Source: a virus (Duplodnaviria; Caudoviricetes). Taken from it: DNA of 63,552 bases. Of the stretch, positions 9,564 through 19,893 are shown piece after piece; position 1 is the first letter of the stretch, and the number at the start of each line of letters is the position of its first letter. The notes under the pieces were generated by a model that saw nothing but the letters and a program-made list of their open reading frames with translations, made no database searches and was not told the DNA's origin. The DNA is taken from positions 1-63,552 of the IMG/VR virus record IMGVR_UViG_3300022744_000006, one strand, 5' to 3'. The translations under genes and the position numbers were made by a program.

Positions 9564-10267
9564 CCTATGAACCTAAAGTTAGGGTTGAAACGAAACACGA
9601 TCCTGACACCCCAAGCGTCGCCTTCGGCGAGCTGGTTGTACTGCATCGGCACATGAAGCTTTCGCTTCTTGTTGTCGTTTGCCGAACCCAACCAGTACAC
9701 CATCTTGGCCTTGTTCACGCGAAAGCCCGACCACAGATCGTACGACCCATCGCGCACATGATGCATGGTGTGCATGTAGGAGTCGTCATCCGAGTCTCCA
9801 GGATGGATCCAAACGTAGCCGATTGCACCCAGCTTATCGTGCAATCGATCGTACTTCCCGCACTTCGGGTTCCATTTGAAATCGTACCCGCAGTGCTTCT
9901 CCGAAAGGGCCGCGGCACACGCTGAGTAAGTGGTCCTGCGCCACATTCTCACGCATCGACTGTGACCAGGTGTACCCTTGGGTGGCCAGTTTCTCCAGTG
10001 CGGCACGTGCATTGGGATCGTCACGATGTAGTCGTTCTCGACCCACGTCGACGCGACAACCAGGAGCTTCCCCGTGGCGTCTACCGACGGGATTTGATCG
10101 CCGCACTTGGACGGGTCGATCAGCTCAACCGAGTTGCTCTTTGAGCCATTCCGCGATTTCTTTCTGGCGGAGCTCATCGCTCGTTTTGCTGCAGCGCGCA
10201 GCTTCTGTTGCGGCGTCAGATCGTACCGCATCAACTCCTGGAGCCTCCCCATTGGCCAGTTTCTCAT
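9560..10267 (-). CDS. RusA-like endonuclease or resolvase (divergent; start uncertain)
   Basis: DDDSYMHTMHHVRDG resembles DxDN..K..D; C-terminal GVRIVF; lies downstream of dnaB. Confidence 0.4.
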   Translation of the reverse strand: MRNWPMGRLQELMRYDLTPQQKLRAAAKRAMSSARKKSRNGSKSNSVELIDPSKCGDQIPSVDATGKLLVVASTWVENDYIVTIPMHVPHWRNWPPKGTPGHSRCVRMWRRTTYSACAAALSEKHCGYDFKWNPKCGKYDRLHDKLGAIGYVWIHPGDSDDDSYMHTMHHVRDGSYDLWSGFRVNKAKMVYWLGSANDNKKRKLHVPMQYNQLAEGDAWGVRIVFRFNPNFRFIG

Positions 10268-10474
10268 TTTTGTCTCCGAATAGTCTTAGTTGGTTGTGCT
10301 GCTCTTCCAGCTGCTTCTGGTACTTCGAGTATGCCTGCCCAGAAGGAAGGGGCTCGTCCGGAGGGGTCCACCCGCGTTCCCTCCTCTTTGCCTCCCTTGC
10401 AAGCCTCTCAAGCTTGCTTCCGAAGCGCATGCCGGCTTCTGTTGCTGTTGGTGGCTTCGCCATCATACCCTCCG

Positions 10475-11773
10475 TTACGCCGCGACGGGCGCGTCTTCGA
10501 ACCTGCAGTAGGCTTTCTTGAACTTCACCTCAACCTGGCCCAGCGGACCGCCTCGCTGCTTTTTAAGGTAGATCACGCTATCGTTGGTCTCGTCAGATGA
10601 CGAGATGAACAACACCACGTCTGCGTCCTGCTCGATCGCTCCCGACTCGCGTAGATCGCTGAGCTGCGGGACCCTTCCCTCTCTCGATTCAACTCCGCGA
10701 TTCATCTGAGCGAGCAAAATCACTGGGCAGGCAAGCTCTTTCGCGAGCAGCTTGCACTCGCGGCTGATCTCGGCAACGTCTTGCTCCCTGCTGCCCGACT
10801 GGCGCTCCGTCTTGACCAGCTGCAAGTAGTCGATGACGATCATACCAAGCTTTGATCGCATATTCTCGCGCCGAGCATGCCGCGCGATTTTCTCAATCGT
10901 CCAGCGGGCAGAGTCGACCACCAACATCTGCTTTCCGATCAGCTCGTGCATGGACGCGCTCATGCGGCGGAACTGATCCACGTTGAAACCTCGTCGGTTG
11001 ATCACTTTCGAGTCTACGTTGGAGCGCCCCGCAAGTACGCGCTCCGCGAGCTCCTCTTTGCTCATCTCAAAGCTGTAGATGATGACCTTCTCCCCGAAGT
11101 CCATCGCCGCCTCAGCACACTGCAACCCGAGCACGGTCTTGCCAGAACCGGGGCGTCCGGCAATCACCACGCTCTGCCCGGCCTTGAACCCGTCGAGCAA
11201 CCCGTCAAGCTTCTTGAGGGGTGCAGGGATGAACCTTGGAGCGCGCTTATTGCCGCGCTCAATGTCCATCGCATCACGCACAATCGGCTCCATGAGGTTC
11301 TCGATCGTGTCGGCCCGCACGGCATCCTCGCGGCTCGCCAGCGCCGCGCCGATCTCTGTTCCCGCAAGATCGATAATCGTCTCGGGGCTCGCCACGGCAG
11401 CCGGCGCGTGGGCCCATTCAAGCACCTTGCTGCACGCGTTGATCAGCTTTCGAAGGACCGCGAGGTTCTTGATCAGCGCTACCGCGCTGTCGAGCGCCTG
11501 GCCGGAAAGATAGGCATAGCCCGAGTGCAACATCTCGTCACAGAACTGGATTTGATCGGACCTGCCGGCGCAAGCCGCGCGTAACGAGACCATGTCGAGC
11601 TCGCCGTTCCGTTCGATCACGTCTCGCGCCGTTTCGAACATCCGGGAATGGAGGCTCAACGAGAAGTCCGACGGCCCGAGCGCTGCCATGCACACAGCAG
11701 CCGTCTCAGAGGAGAACACCAGCGCTGAGATCAACCGCTCCTCAAGCTCAACGTTCGTCGGAGGCTTAGGCAT
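10475..11773 (-). CDS. dnaB: replicative DNA helicase, DnaB family
   Basis: AGRPGSGKT Walker A, FEMS, IDYLQL, LLAQMNR, LSDLRESGAIEQDAD, KQRGG. Confidence 0.97.
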   Translation of the reverse strand: MPKPPTNVELEERLISALVFSSETAAVCMAALGPSDFSLSLHSRMFETARDVIERNGELDMVSLRAACAGRSDQIQFCDEMLHSGYAYLSGQALDSAVALIKNLAVLRKLINACSKVLEWAHAPAAVASPETIIDLAGTEIGAALASREDAVRADTIENLMEPIVRDAMDIERGNKRAPRFIPAPLKKLDGLLDGFKAGQSVVIAGRPGSGKTVLGLQCAEAAMDFGEKVIIYSFEMSKEELAERVLAGRSNVDSKVINRRGFNVDQFRRMSASMHELIGKQMLVVDSARWTIEKIARHARRENMRSKLGMIVIDYLQLVKTERQSGSREQDVAEISRECKLLAKELACPVILLAQMNRGVESREGRVPQLSDLRESGAIEQDADVVLFISSSDETNDSVIYLKKQRGGPLGQVEVKFKKAYCRFEDAPVAA

Positions 11774-12785
11774 GCTGCGCCGCCTCCGCTGCCCACCTCG
11801 CACGAACCTCGTCCGCCTTTTGACGCATGGCAATGCGCGGGAACAGCGCCAGGAGATCGGCTTTCGTCTTCTCGTGCTCCTCCTGCGTGATCTCCATCTC
11901 CGGCTCCGGCTCGGGCGCTGGCAACGTGGGAAGTGATGGCTTCAGTACAGGCTTGGTGTATCTGGCGAGATATAACACCAAGTTGGATAGCCTGCATTTT
12001 ATCGACTTCGGGTCTTTTTGGTGATCTCTCACCATCCGCTCCACGACAGACTCAAAGAGCTTGTCGTCGGAGCCGCTTTCTTCGCGCGCAGCGGCCGCCA
12101 CAAGGCGCGCGGATTCTAGATCTGGGGGAACCTGCGCCGGTGTGCGTCCCTGCCCTCTGGCGAACAGCTCGTGCACGCGTTGGGCATCGGTCGAGCGGGG
12201 CGGCGAATCCAACTCTGGCCAGTGCGGCATCGCGGAAATCGGAGCTGGGGAAGAGGGAACAGGGGTAGCCGATGAGCGTTCCCCTCCCCCCTTCCCTGTT
12301 AGCCTCGTGCGTGCGTGCGCGGGCTCGCGTGCGTGCACGTCCGGGCGTGTGCGATCGCGCGCGGGTGCGCGTCTCTCTTCTGATCTTTCTCTCTGATCTA
12401 GAGAAACGACAGGGCCTGATTCCGCACACTTAGGTTGAGTAGACTTTGCGATGCGTTTACTTAACTCGGGGGGTTGGTCAACGCATCGCAAAGTCTCCGC
12501 AAAGACTTGGGGCTCAAAATGGAGTTGGACTCCGTCCTCATCCTGGGTAATAAAACCCGCCTTTACGAGCTTGTTCACTGCCGACTGAACGGCGGCCCGG
12601 TCCGACTTCGAAGGCAAGTCCAAGTCCCGAACCAGGAGATCGATGGAGGAGTTAAGAGTGCCGTTTTCCGATATTGACCAAAGTCGGATCATGACGCTCG
12701 AGTGATGAAACGAGAGCTTGCGCCAGGCCGGAGGGAGCTCGGCCGGTAGTGGCCGAAACTTGTACGGGACCTTGGAGGACTTCAT
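11766..12785 (-). CDS. putative replication initiator (lambda O-like position, wHTH N-terminus)
   Basis: Immediately upstream of and overlapping dnaB; AVNKLVKAGFI winged-helix-like segment; internal repeat tract. Confidence 0.65.
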   Translation of the reverse strand: MKSSKVPYKFRPLPAELPPAWRKLSFHHSSVMIRLWSISENGTLNSSIDLLVRDLDLPSKSDRAAVQSAVNKLVKAGFITQDEDGVQLHFEPQVFAETLRCVDQPPELSKRIAKSTQPKCAESGPVVSLDQRERSEERRAPARDRTRPDVHAREPAHARTRLTGKGGGERSSATPVPSSPAPISAMPHWPELDSPPRSTDAQRVHELFARGQGRTPAQVPPDLESARLVAAAAREESGSDDKLFESVVERMVRDHQKDPKSIKCRLSNLVLYLARYTKPVLKPSLPTLPAPEPEPEMEITQEEHEKTKADLLALFPRIAMRQKADEVRARWAAEAAQHA

Positions 12786-13154
12786 GGGATCCTCCGGGTT
12801 GCGGACGCGCTCACCGTGACGTACACTGGTAACTGAAGCATTCTTGGTTCTCCTGTTCGGTCGCTGTTGAGGTGTTGGGTCTCGACAGCGGTTACCCCGG
12901 ACGGGGTGGTACAGAGAAGGTCTGGTTGGTGTGTTGCTCGTGGCGCCCGGTCGATGAAAGTCGGCCGGGCGTTTCGTTTGTGGTGGCCATCCAATCCTCC
13001 TTAGGGGCTCGCGCCCGGCAACGCGTGCGTCTGGGGTGGTACCGCTACACGTCGCCGGGCGCTTCGCCGAGGCGTCCAGCGCGGGATCAGGGGTTGTCCC
13101 GCTAGGCCAGAGCGCCCCCCGCTCACCGCTCGCCAGGCGATGACCGGGGGACGT

Positions 13155-13457
13155 TCAGGCGAGTCGCCAAGCATACTCCGGGATCTCGCACATCGTACTG
13201 AGCCGCTCCCGCAGTTCTTCGCTCGGCTCGCGTTTCCCGCTCATCAACAGGCTGAGCGTCGACTGAGAGACCCTGAGCTCTTTCGCCATCTGTTCTTGGG
13301 ACAGCCCGTGAACGCGCATGAACACGCGCAGTGAGGTAATGGGATTCGAGGTACGTGCCAAGGCGGCCCATGTCTTACCCACTTTCAGCTGTCTCACGAA
13401 CCTACCTACCTCGTAATCATTCGGAACCTTCATACTCGGCTTACGTAATGGGTCCAT
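13155..13457 (-). CDS. XRE/Cro-like HTH regulator
   Basis: LSQEQMAKELRVSQSTLSLLMSGKREPS; start uncertain (13433 or 13457). Confidence 0.85.
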   Translation of the reverse strand: MDPLRKPSMKVPNDYEVGRFVRQLKVGKTWAALARTSNPITSLRVFMRVHGLSQEQMAKELRVSQSTLSLLMSGKREPSEELRERLSTMCEIPEYAWRLA

Positions 13458-13517
13458 GACCGAATTGCAACCGTCGTCACATGAAAACGTAGCTCGAAAA
13501 TAAATACGCAAATAGCG

Positions 13518-13546
13518 TTGACTTTGCGTTGCCTCGTGAGTAGGTT
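13518..13546 (+). promoter_or_regulatory. sigma70-type promoter for the recombination operon
   Basis: TTGACT-N17-TAGGTT, with the same -10 as the promoter at 97-125. Confidence 0.7.
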
Positions 13547-13590
13547 CCAGTCGCGTTCGAGACAACAGGGGTTCTGAACGGGAGGATTTC

Positions 13591-14118
13591 ATGACGCGAG
13601 ATCAACATATGGCTGATCCGGGGGATGTGCCGGACGGCCCCGAGTCGGAGAACGATCGGGAGGATCGTCAGCTGCGCGAGAGGCTGGCTGAGGAAGAGGC
13701 GGCCGCAGAAGCGGATCGTCGCAATGCGGAGTGGGACAAGCACATGACCATGCTGTCCGAGCGCGACGGGAGATCGGAGGAGTGGAAGGCGGCGGAGCTG
13801 GACCCTGCGTGGGATGTTCCCGCGGAAACGACAGAGGTGTCTACCCCGCGCGAGTACGACATCGAGACTGCCGGAATGATGGTGACCGTTCGGTCTTGGC
13901 TGGAAATCGCGAAGAAGGAAGCGTCTGGCAAGGACACAGCCGAAGAGCAGATCGACGATTTGGCGGCGTTGCGCGCTCTTGTCGACGAGACGGTGGCATT
14001 TCTGATCCAGGCAGAGATTGCCAGACTCAAAGGCAAGGCTGCCGAGCTTGGTTTATCGGTGTCAGAGCGCAAGACGCGATCGGACAAGGGCACGAGCAGA
14101 AAGGGGCGCTCGTCATGA
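13591..14118 (+). CDS. hypothetical acidic protein with basic C-terminal RKTRSDKG motif
   Basis: GGAGG RBS. Confidence 0.75.
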   Translation: MTRDQHMADPGDVPDGPESENDREDRQLRERLAEEEAAAEADRRNAEWDKHMTMLSERDGRSEEWKAAELDPAWDVPAETTEVSTPREYDIETAGMMVTVRSWLEIAKKEASGKDTAEEQIDDLAALRALVDETVAFLIQAEIARLKGKAAELGLSVSERKTRSDKGTSRKGRSS

Positions 14119-15101
14119 CGGATCAGGTTGTCACTTCAGAAAAGCCTAGGGGTATCTTTTCTTGCATGCTGGAGGCGCAAGCTGCGTTCGGTCGCGTCGG
14201 GATCCCCAAAAACAGCATGGCCGACTTTGGCGGAGGCTCAAAGCGAGCGTACCGGAGCATTGATGATGTGCTACCGGAAGCGAACGCGATTCTGACGGCT
14301 GCAGGGATAGTGATACTTCCGTCCGTGGTCGACGTTGAGTACAAGAGGTACGATGTCGAGAAAGGATCGGGAAATAACAAGTACACCACGACTACTACGG
14401 TTGCGTTGCTAACGATCGAATATCGCATCGTGTGCGTTGAAGACGGATCGTTCGTAACGATCCGTTGGATCGGGGAAGGTGTAGACGGTAGCGATAAGTC
14501 ATCCGGAAAATCAGGTTCTTATGCGTACAAGAACTTCTTGGTGAACACCTTCTGCATCCCTGTAAAGGGTCAGCCGGAGCCGGAGCGGGACAATATCCCG
14601 CAACCTTCAAGCGGGAACAGCGAAAGCAAGGCGGCATCGCAGTCGTCCCCGGCGATCGCTGTCCCGCGTGTGAAAAACAGCAAGCTCAAGAATCACGGAG
14701 CTTTGCTGTCTGAACTGACCGACGATGAGGCTTCGGCGTACTGCCGGGGCATGGTGCACCAGCTTGAGTCAACGAAGCAAAAGCTTGAGGTTCCTCCTCA
14801 AGACCAGGAAGCCAAGGACAAGCTCGTGAAGCTCTCGTCTTGGCTTGAGAGAGAGATTCGGACGGTGTCCGGATATCTGGTGAAAGAGAGAAACCTTCCG
14901 AACTGGAACATCTCCAATGGCGAGGTCGGGAAGTCCGTTCACCCTGACACGCGGGGAAAGCGGGTTGTCGACCTGACTGACGAGCAGTTGGTTGCGCTCA
15001 TCGCTCACCTAGAGCGACTGGGGGAGAGCGAAGAAGTAAACAGGCGACTGGCACTGTGCGAAATGGTTTTCGAAGCAAGAAAGAACGGTGACCAGCCATA
15101 A
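14115..15101 (+). CDS. ERF-family single-strand annealing protein
   Basis: YRSIDDV, GEGVDGSDKSSGKSGSYAYK...FCIP; ATGA overlap. Confidence 0.85.
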   Translation: MTDQVVTSEKPRGIFSCMLEAQAAFGRVGIPKNSMADFGGGSKRAYRSIDDVLPEANAILTAAGIVILPSVVDVEYKRYDVEKGSGNNKYTTTTTVALLTIEYRIVCVEDGSFVTIRWIGEGVDGSDKSSGKSGSYAYKNFLVNTFCIPVKGQPEPERDNIPQPSSGNSESKAASQSSPAIAVPRVKNSKLKNHGALLSELTDDEASAYCRGMVHQLESTKQKLEVPPQDQEAKDKLVKLSSWLEREIRTVSGYLVKERNLPNWNISNGEVGKSVHPDTRGKRVVDLTDEQLVALIAHLERLGESEEVNRRLALCEMVFEARKNGDQP

Positions 15102-15118
15102 CGAAAGAAGCCGCTGAC

Positions 15119-15985
15119 ATGAATGCCGATGAGGAGAAGGCCGCTCTCATCGGTGCGCTAAACGCTGACTTTCACAGGATGTCTCGCGTCGGATCGGACG
15201 TAGAGCTGTCCACGGGAGATGTGATCACAACGGTCGAAGAGTCTAGCCTTGGCGTCCGCAGATGGAACATGCACGTTGCTTACGTAGGACGATCCACCTC
15301 GGGAAGGTTCTGGATGTGGTCTTACGACAGGGGATTGACGGAGAATCAGGAGGACAGTTTCGACTCCGATCACAACGTCAAGGAGGTGTGGCCGAAGAAG
15401 GTCGTCCGAGAATCCACGGAGTGGCACAGCCAGCCGACGGTGGAGAAGCCATCTCTCGCGTCTATTGTCGCGAGGTTCCTAGATGCAATGGAGGAGAGCG
15501 GAGGTGAGACGGTTGACGCGGTGGAAGAGGCCGCGGCGCTGTACGCTGACAAGATCGAAGCGTACCGATCCATCGTCCCGGTGATAGAAGCACAGGCAAA
15601 GAGTCTCAAAGACCAGGCAGCGCTGCTCAGGGAGAGATCAGATCGTTTGTACAGCAAGATCGACTCGCTAAGGGAGCGTGTTGTCGACAGCATGTACGCC
15701 GTTGGCACGCGAAAGGTCAGCACGAGCTTCGGGAACGTGACGCTCGTGCAATCGAAGTCAGTGCAGGTGGGTGACGCATGGGCGATCACCATGCATGATT
15801 CTCATCCAGAGTTTGTTCGCGTTTCATACGCTCCCGATAAGACGGCGCTGAAAGAGCGGTGGCTCGCCGAAACCAAGAGACTGGTCGAGTCCGGTCTTTC
15901 CAAAGCACAAGCGGAAGCGCATGCCATCACCGCGCTTCCGCCTGGGGTGGACATTGTCACCAAAGAATCAATCCGCGGGTTGTGA
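15119..15985 (+). CDS. Gp157/Mu-Gam-like protein with an extra N-terminal domain
   Basis: Coiled coil followed by KVSTSFGNVTL, PEFVR...PDKTALKE, PGVDIV...SIR. Confidence 0.7.
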   Translation: MNADEEKAALIGALNADFHRMSRVGSDVELSTGDVITTVEESSLGVRRWNMHVAYVGRSTSGRFWMWSYDRGLTENQEDSFDSDHNVKEVWPKKVVRESTEWHSQPTVEKPSLASIVARFLDAMEESGGETVDAVEEAAALYADKIEAYRSIVPVIEAQAKSLKDQAALLRERSDRLYSKIDSLRERVVDSMYAVGTRKVSTSFGNVTLVQSKSVQVGDAWAITMHDSHPEFVRVSYAPDKTALKERWLAETKRLVESGLSKAQAEAHAITALPPGVDIVTKESIRGL

Positions 15986-16262
15986 TGGCGTAACGTGTAG
16001 CCGGTGCCACGATCTTGTCTGGAGGATGGATACGATCGTGGAAAAGCCTTGGTTGTGTTCGGAATGCAGGAGGATGCGTGCCAAAGAAAGAAACGAAGAA
16101 GGATCCGCCGGTGCTGGTGAGGCACCGGATTCGCTGGAAGGATCCTGACGCTCCAAGGGAGCTCAGGAAGTTTGGGGCGTGCGGAGAGTACTTCATCGCC
16201 GAGATCGAGATTGGGCCGAAGTCGGGGGTCGGAGTTATTCGGCTCAAGAAAGAGAGTATGTG

Positions 16263-16697
16263 ATGGAAGGGATCAATGAGGCGTTGCTGGTCGGTAACCT
16301 TGGACAGGATCCAGAGCTTCGCGCCACAGGTTCTGGGACAAGCGTGCTCACCATTCGACTCGCGACAACCACGCGTTACCTGCAAGGTGACACGTGGAAG
16401 GACAGAACCGAATGGCATACGGTAGTCGTATGGGGAAAGCGCGCTGACGGCCTGGCGAAGGTGCTATCGAAGGGTTCGCGGGTTCTCGTCAAGGGAGAGA
16501 TCCAGACGCGAACGTGGGAGGACAAGGCCGGAGCAAAGCGCTACAGCACCGAGATCAATGCCAGATCTGTTCTGCTGATGGACAGCAAACCCGGATCTGG
16601 CGATCACAAGGAAGACTTGCACAAGAGCAAGCAGCCTGATTACGGTCCGGACCCAAACGGAACCGATTCGCTGAACGATGATGACATTCCGTTCTGA
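16263..16697 (+). CDS. ssb: single-stranded DNA-binding protein
   Basis: LVGNLGQDPELR, TEWH, KGSRVLVKG, acidic DDDIPF tail. Confidence 0.97.
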   Translation: MEGINEALLVGNLGQDPELRATGSGTSVLTIRLATTTRYLQGDTWKDRTEWHTVVVWGKRADGLAKVLSKGSRVLVKGEIQTRTWEDKAGAKRYSTEINARSVLLMDSKPGSGDHKEDLHKSKQPDYGPDPNGTDSLNDDDIPF

Positions 16698-16773
16698 GGC
16701 GTTAGTTTTGTCGCGAGCGTCCGGCGCCGACCAAGAGCCGGACGCTTCTTCGTCCACGCGAGGAAATCACACA

Positions 16774-17016
16774 ATGGATCACTGCGATTGCATTCGAACG
16801 TACGCCGACGCGAACGAGCTCGCTTCTAGCCTCGACGCGAGCAGGACGATTACCGTGTGCTCGGCGGCCTACGCCGATTTGCTTTACGACGTGATTCCCA
16901 GGCTGCACTACTCAGCCGGCGCGGCCAGCGGAAAGCACTTGGTCTTCCGCGGCAGCCTGGTGGTTGTGCGCGACAACACGAAGCACGATAAACACCCAGA
17001 CTTCATGCTTCGCTGA
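16774..17016 (+). CDS. hypothetical protein
   Basis: GAGG RBS. Confidence 0.55.
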   Translation: MDHCDCIRTYADANELASSLDASRTITVCSAAYADLLYDVIPRLHYSAGAASGKHLVFRGSLVVVRDNTKHDKHPDFMLR

Positions 17017-17304
17017 CGGGTTGCGTCGCAAGCTTCCAGCACCAACGCGTCACCTTCTGATGGGGCGAAGTCTCCGGGTGGGTTTCTTGGAATGATCAGT
17101 CCCGCCCTCTCGTACGTCATGAGAAGGTGGCCGCAGTATTTTTACGGCGCCGTTGCCTTGGTGGCCTGCGCCGGGCTGCACACGGCGTGGATCGGTTCGT
17201 TCACTCGGGTCTGATCGCCGACGCGACGTGCGCCACATGAGGCGCGTGATCTCTTCCGGGTCGTCAAAGGTGTACTGCTGGGGGTCCATGTGGGCCCCAT
17301 AGCA

Positions 17305-17595
17305 CTACTCCACAACTATCGCAGGCAGATTCAGCAGAGTGATCTGCTGGGTGACGCGAAGTCCGGAGTTGCTGCGCGCGGCGAGCTCGCCAGATACGAG
17401 CTCGGACGAGGTGTTCGGGGCAGCCCTCGCCCCTTCGAGCGCTGCGGCGCGCACGTAGAGCTCAAGCGCTTGCCGGAGAACGTCCATGTCTTCGGGCTTC
17501 AACCTGGACCCGGCGCACTGAGCGAGCATCGTCGAGACGCAGACGGTCATCGCGTCCACGATCCCAAGCAACCTCTCGCTCAGCGTCTCGTCCAT
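17305..17595 (-). CDS. hypothetical protein
   Basis: TAATG overlap with the upstream stop. Confidence 0.55.
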   Translation of the reverse strand: MDETLSERLLGIVDAMTVCVSTMLAQCAGSRLKPEDMDVLRQALELYVRAAALEGARAAPNTSSELVSGELAARSNSGLRVTQQITLLNLPAIVVE

Positions 17596-17888
17596 TACTT
17601 GGTGACCTTCTCAACCTCAACCGTCGCCGGCTTGGGCGGAGCAAGCGTGTCACGCAGAGCGTCGCTCACGTCCTGCAGTCGGAAATCTCCGAGCCGCTTG
17701 GCCGTTTTGGCGTACCCAACGATAGCAGCGCCAGCCACTGCCATCAGCTTCGCGATGGACGGAGACAGCAAGCCAAGAACGGGAAGGCCCGCGCTCTTGA
17801 GGATGTCGTCAAACCCACCGACGAAGATCAGAACCGAGCCAAGCGCGTAAAGACCCGTGCGCAAAACCTCGGGATTCATACTGCTCAC
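17595..17888 (-). CDS. small two-TM membrane protein, possible holin
   Basis: Two hydrophobic segments and a charged C-terminus; at the end of the late operon. Confidence 0.5.
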   Translation of the reverse strand: MSSMNPEVLRTGLYALGSVLIFVGGFDDILKSAGLPVLGLLSPSIAKLMAVAGAAIVGYAKTAKRLGDFRLQDVSDALRDTLAPPKPATVEVEKVTK

Positions 17889-17905
17889 CTACTACTTCTA
17901 AGTGC

Positions 17906-19885
17906 CTACTGCCGTATCCTGCGCCGGGTTGCACCCGCCGCGACTTCCACCCTACTCCGCGCCGATTCACCTCCGGTGAACCCGGAGCTTGGTGGTAGCA
18001 CTCCGAAGAATACAGCAGATCCGGTTGTTGTGCCGCTACCAGCTGCAGAAATCTGAGCCGCTGCAACCATGACAGAGTTGCCAGTGGTCTGACTGCTTGC
18101 AACGGCTGCTGTGGTCTGGAAGATGGATACAGATCCGGATGTAGTTCCAGATCCAGAAACCGGGGTGACCAGCGCGCGGGCAGGACCCGTTACCGTTCCT
18201 GACGTGCTCGACCCGCCGGTAGACGGGATCGGGGTGAACCCTGTCGGGTTTGCCGAACCGTTGGTGTTCGCGGCGCCGGCAGCGGCTATGTTGGTCGACC
18301 AGCCGACGGTCGCCGCGCCGGACGTGCTTGTTCCGCCGCCGGCCGACTCGGCCACTGAGACAGTGTTCTGTGCCGCGCCGCTCGTGCTCGTGCTTGCGAT
18401 GAGCACGAGTGTCCCGAGCATCTGGACGGTGCCGCCGGTCGAGGTTCCGCCGGCTGCGTTGACAGCCACCGCTGCCGAAACTGCCGCCGTGGAGCTCGTG
18501 CTTGCCCCGCCGGCCGCGCTTAGCGCTGCGGACGCGGACACGGCTGCAGAGCCGGACGTGGACGCGGAGCCTGCTCCCGGCTCCGTGACGACCACCTGCT
18601 GGGTCGCGGTGCCGGAGGTGGAGGACGACCCCGAGCTCGCCAGAGACGCCGTCGAGGACAGTGCAGCGCTCGCCGTCGTGCTGGTCTGACCGACTGATGC
18701 ACCGAGGGACGCCGATGCTGCCGCGTTCGCCGCGCCGGATGTGCTCGCGCCGCCGGCTGCGTTGCTTCCGACCACGACATTGGCCGCGCCTGCTGTCGAG
18801 GACGACGCTGTGCCGGCGATGCCAAACGCAAACGAGATGCCTACTGTCGCTGTACCGGATGTGCTGGCAGAGCCCGTGCCCTTGCTGCCGACGACAACGT
18901 TGGCAGTCGCCGATGTGGTGGCAGATCCGGAGCTGTTGGCAGAGAAGTTGAAGGTCGCCGCGATGGATGCCGCGCCGGACGTCGACGTGGATGCGGTGCC
19001 AACGATGGCAAGCGGGGCGACGCCAGAAACGGATGCGGTGCCAGCAGTTGATGCCGATCCGGTTGCCGTGATCGGGAGCGTCATCCCGAGCGTGGACGAC
19101 ACCCTCGTGATCGTTGCTGTGCTGGTAGCGGTGATCGCGCCGGCCGGCGATACGAGCCTGCGTACAATGCGGTGGTGCTTTGCGCGCGCTTGGACGATTT
19201 GGATCGGGAACCCAAACGTAACGTTGCTTAGAAGACTAACACCGTGCGCGTCGGCTCCGCCGGATTGAAGATCGGGATCCCAGTTCCTGCGCTGCGGAAA
19301 CGTTGAGAGCGTCCTGGCCTGCCGCGTGTCGGAGTCAGGGGCGGAGCGGAGCGTGTTGAGTGACTGTATGCTTAGGTTTGAGTCGAAGACGCTGTCCCAC
19401 TCAACCTCTACATCGAACCCTGACGTGTTCCACGTTTGGCTTGAAACGTAGTCAAGGTTTGCGGCTCTTGCCGATACATTTGAAAACGTGGTCGTGCCAG
19501 CCGAGACGACACGTTCGCCCGCGCCGTAAGATCCCCAATAGAGCGTGTATACGCCAGAACCGTCGCGAGAAAGCGCGGCAAAGTAAGACTTTCCGGTGCC
19601 CACTGTCAGCGTGGGGCCAATGATCGTCTGGGATGTTCCGCCGGCTGAGATGCGCGCTATCAGCCGGCCGGATGTGTCCAGCGATATGCTCTCGCCGTTT
19701 CCAGATCCGAGAACCGTGTCGAAGTTAAAGCAGAGGAGAGAGCAGAGCTCAACCTCACCAGTCGTTCCTACGGCCCAAACGCGAAACAGCGTACTGATCG
19801 TGTGCGGAGTGCCTCCCTTTCCGATGGATGTTCCAGCGGATGAAAGCCCCACCCAGTAGCTGCTTACGTCTAAACCGTAGGACAT
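17906..19885 (-). CDS. tail fibre or virion surface protein (beta-sandwich N-terminus plus Ala/Ser/Thr/Gly repeats)
   Basis: Repeating GxASTSGxA units; tail module position. Confidence 0.7.
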   Translation of the reverse strand: MSYGLDVSSYWVGLSSAGTSIGKGGTPHTISTLFRVWAVGTTGEVELCSLLCFNFDTVLGSGNGESISLDTSGRLIARISAGGTSQTIIGPTLTVGTGKSYFAALSRDGSGVYTLYWGSYGAGERVVSAGTTTFSNVSARAANLDYVSSQTWNTSGFDVEVEWDSVFDSNLSIQSLNTLRSAPDSDTRQARTLSTFPQRRNWDPDLQSGGADAHGVSLLSNVTFGFPIQIVQARAKHHRIVRRLVSPAGAITATSTATITRVSSTLGMTLPITATGSASTAGTASVSGVAPLAIVGTASTSTSGAASIAATFNFSANSSGSATTSATANVVVGSKGTGSASTSGTATVGISFAFGIAGTASSSTAGAANVVVGSNAAGGASTSGAANAAASASLGASVGQTSTTASAALSSTASLASSGSSSTSGTATQQVVVTEPGAGSASTSGSAAVSASAALSAAGGASTSSTAAVSAAVAVNAAGGTSTGGTVQMLGTLVLIASTSTSGAAQNTVSVAESAGGGTSTSGAATVGWSTNIAAAGAANTNGSANPTGFTPIPSTGGSSTSGTVTGPARALVTPVSGSGTTSGSVSIFQTTAAVASSQTTGNSVMVAAAQISAAGSGTTTGSAVFFGVLPPSSGFTGGESARSRVEVAAGATRRRIRQ

Positions 19886-19893
19886 ATATCTAC

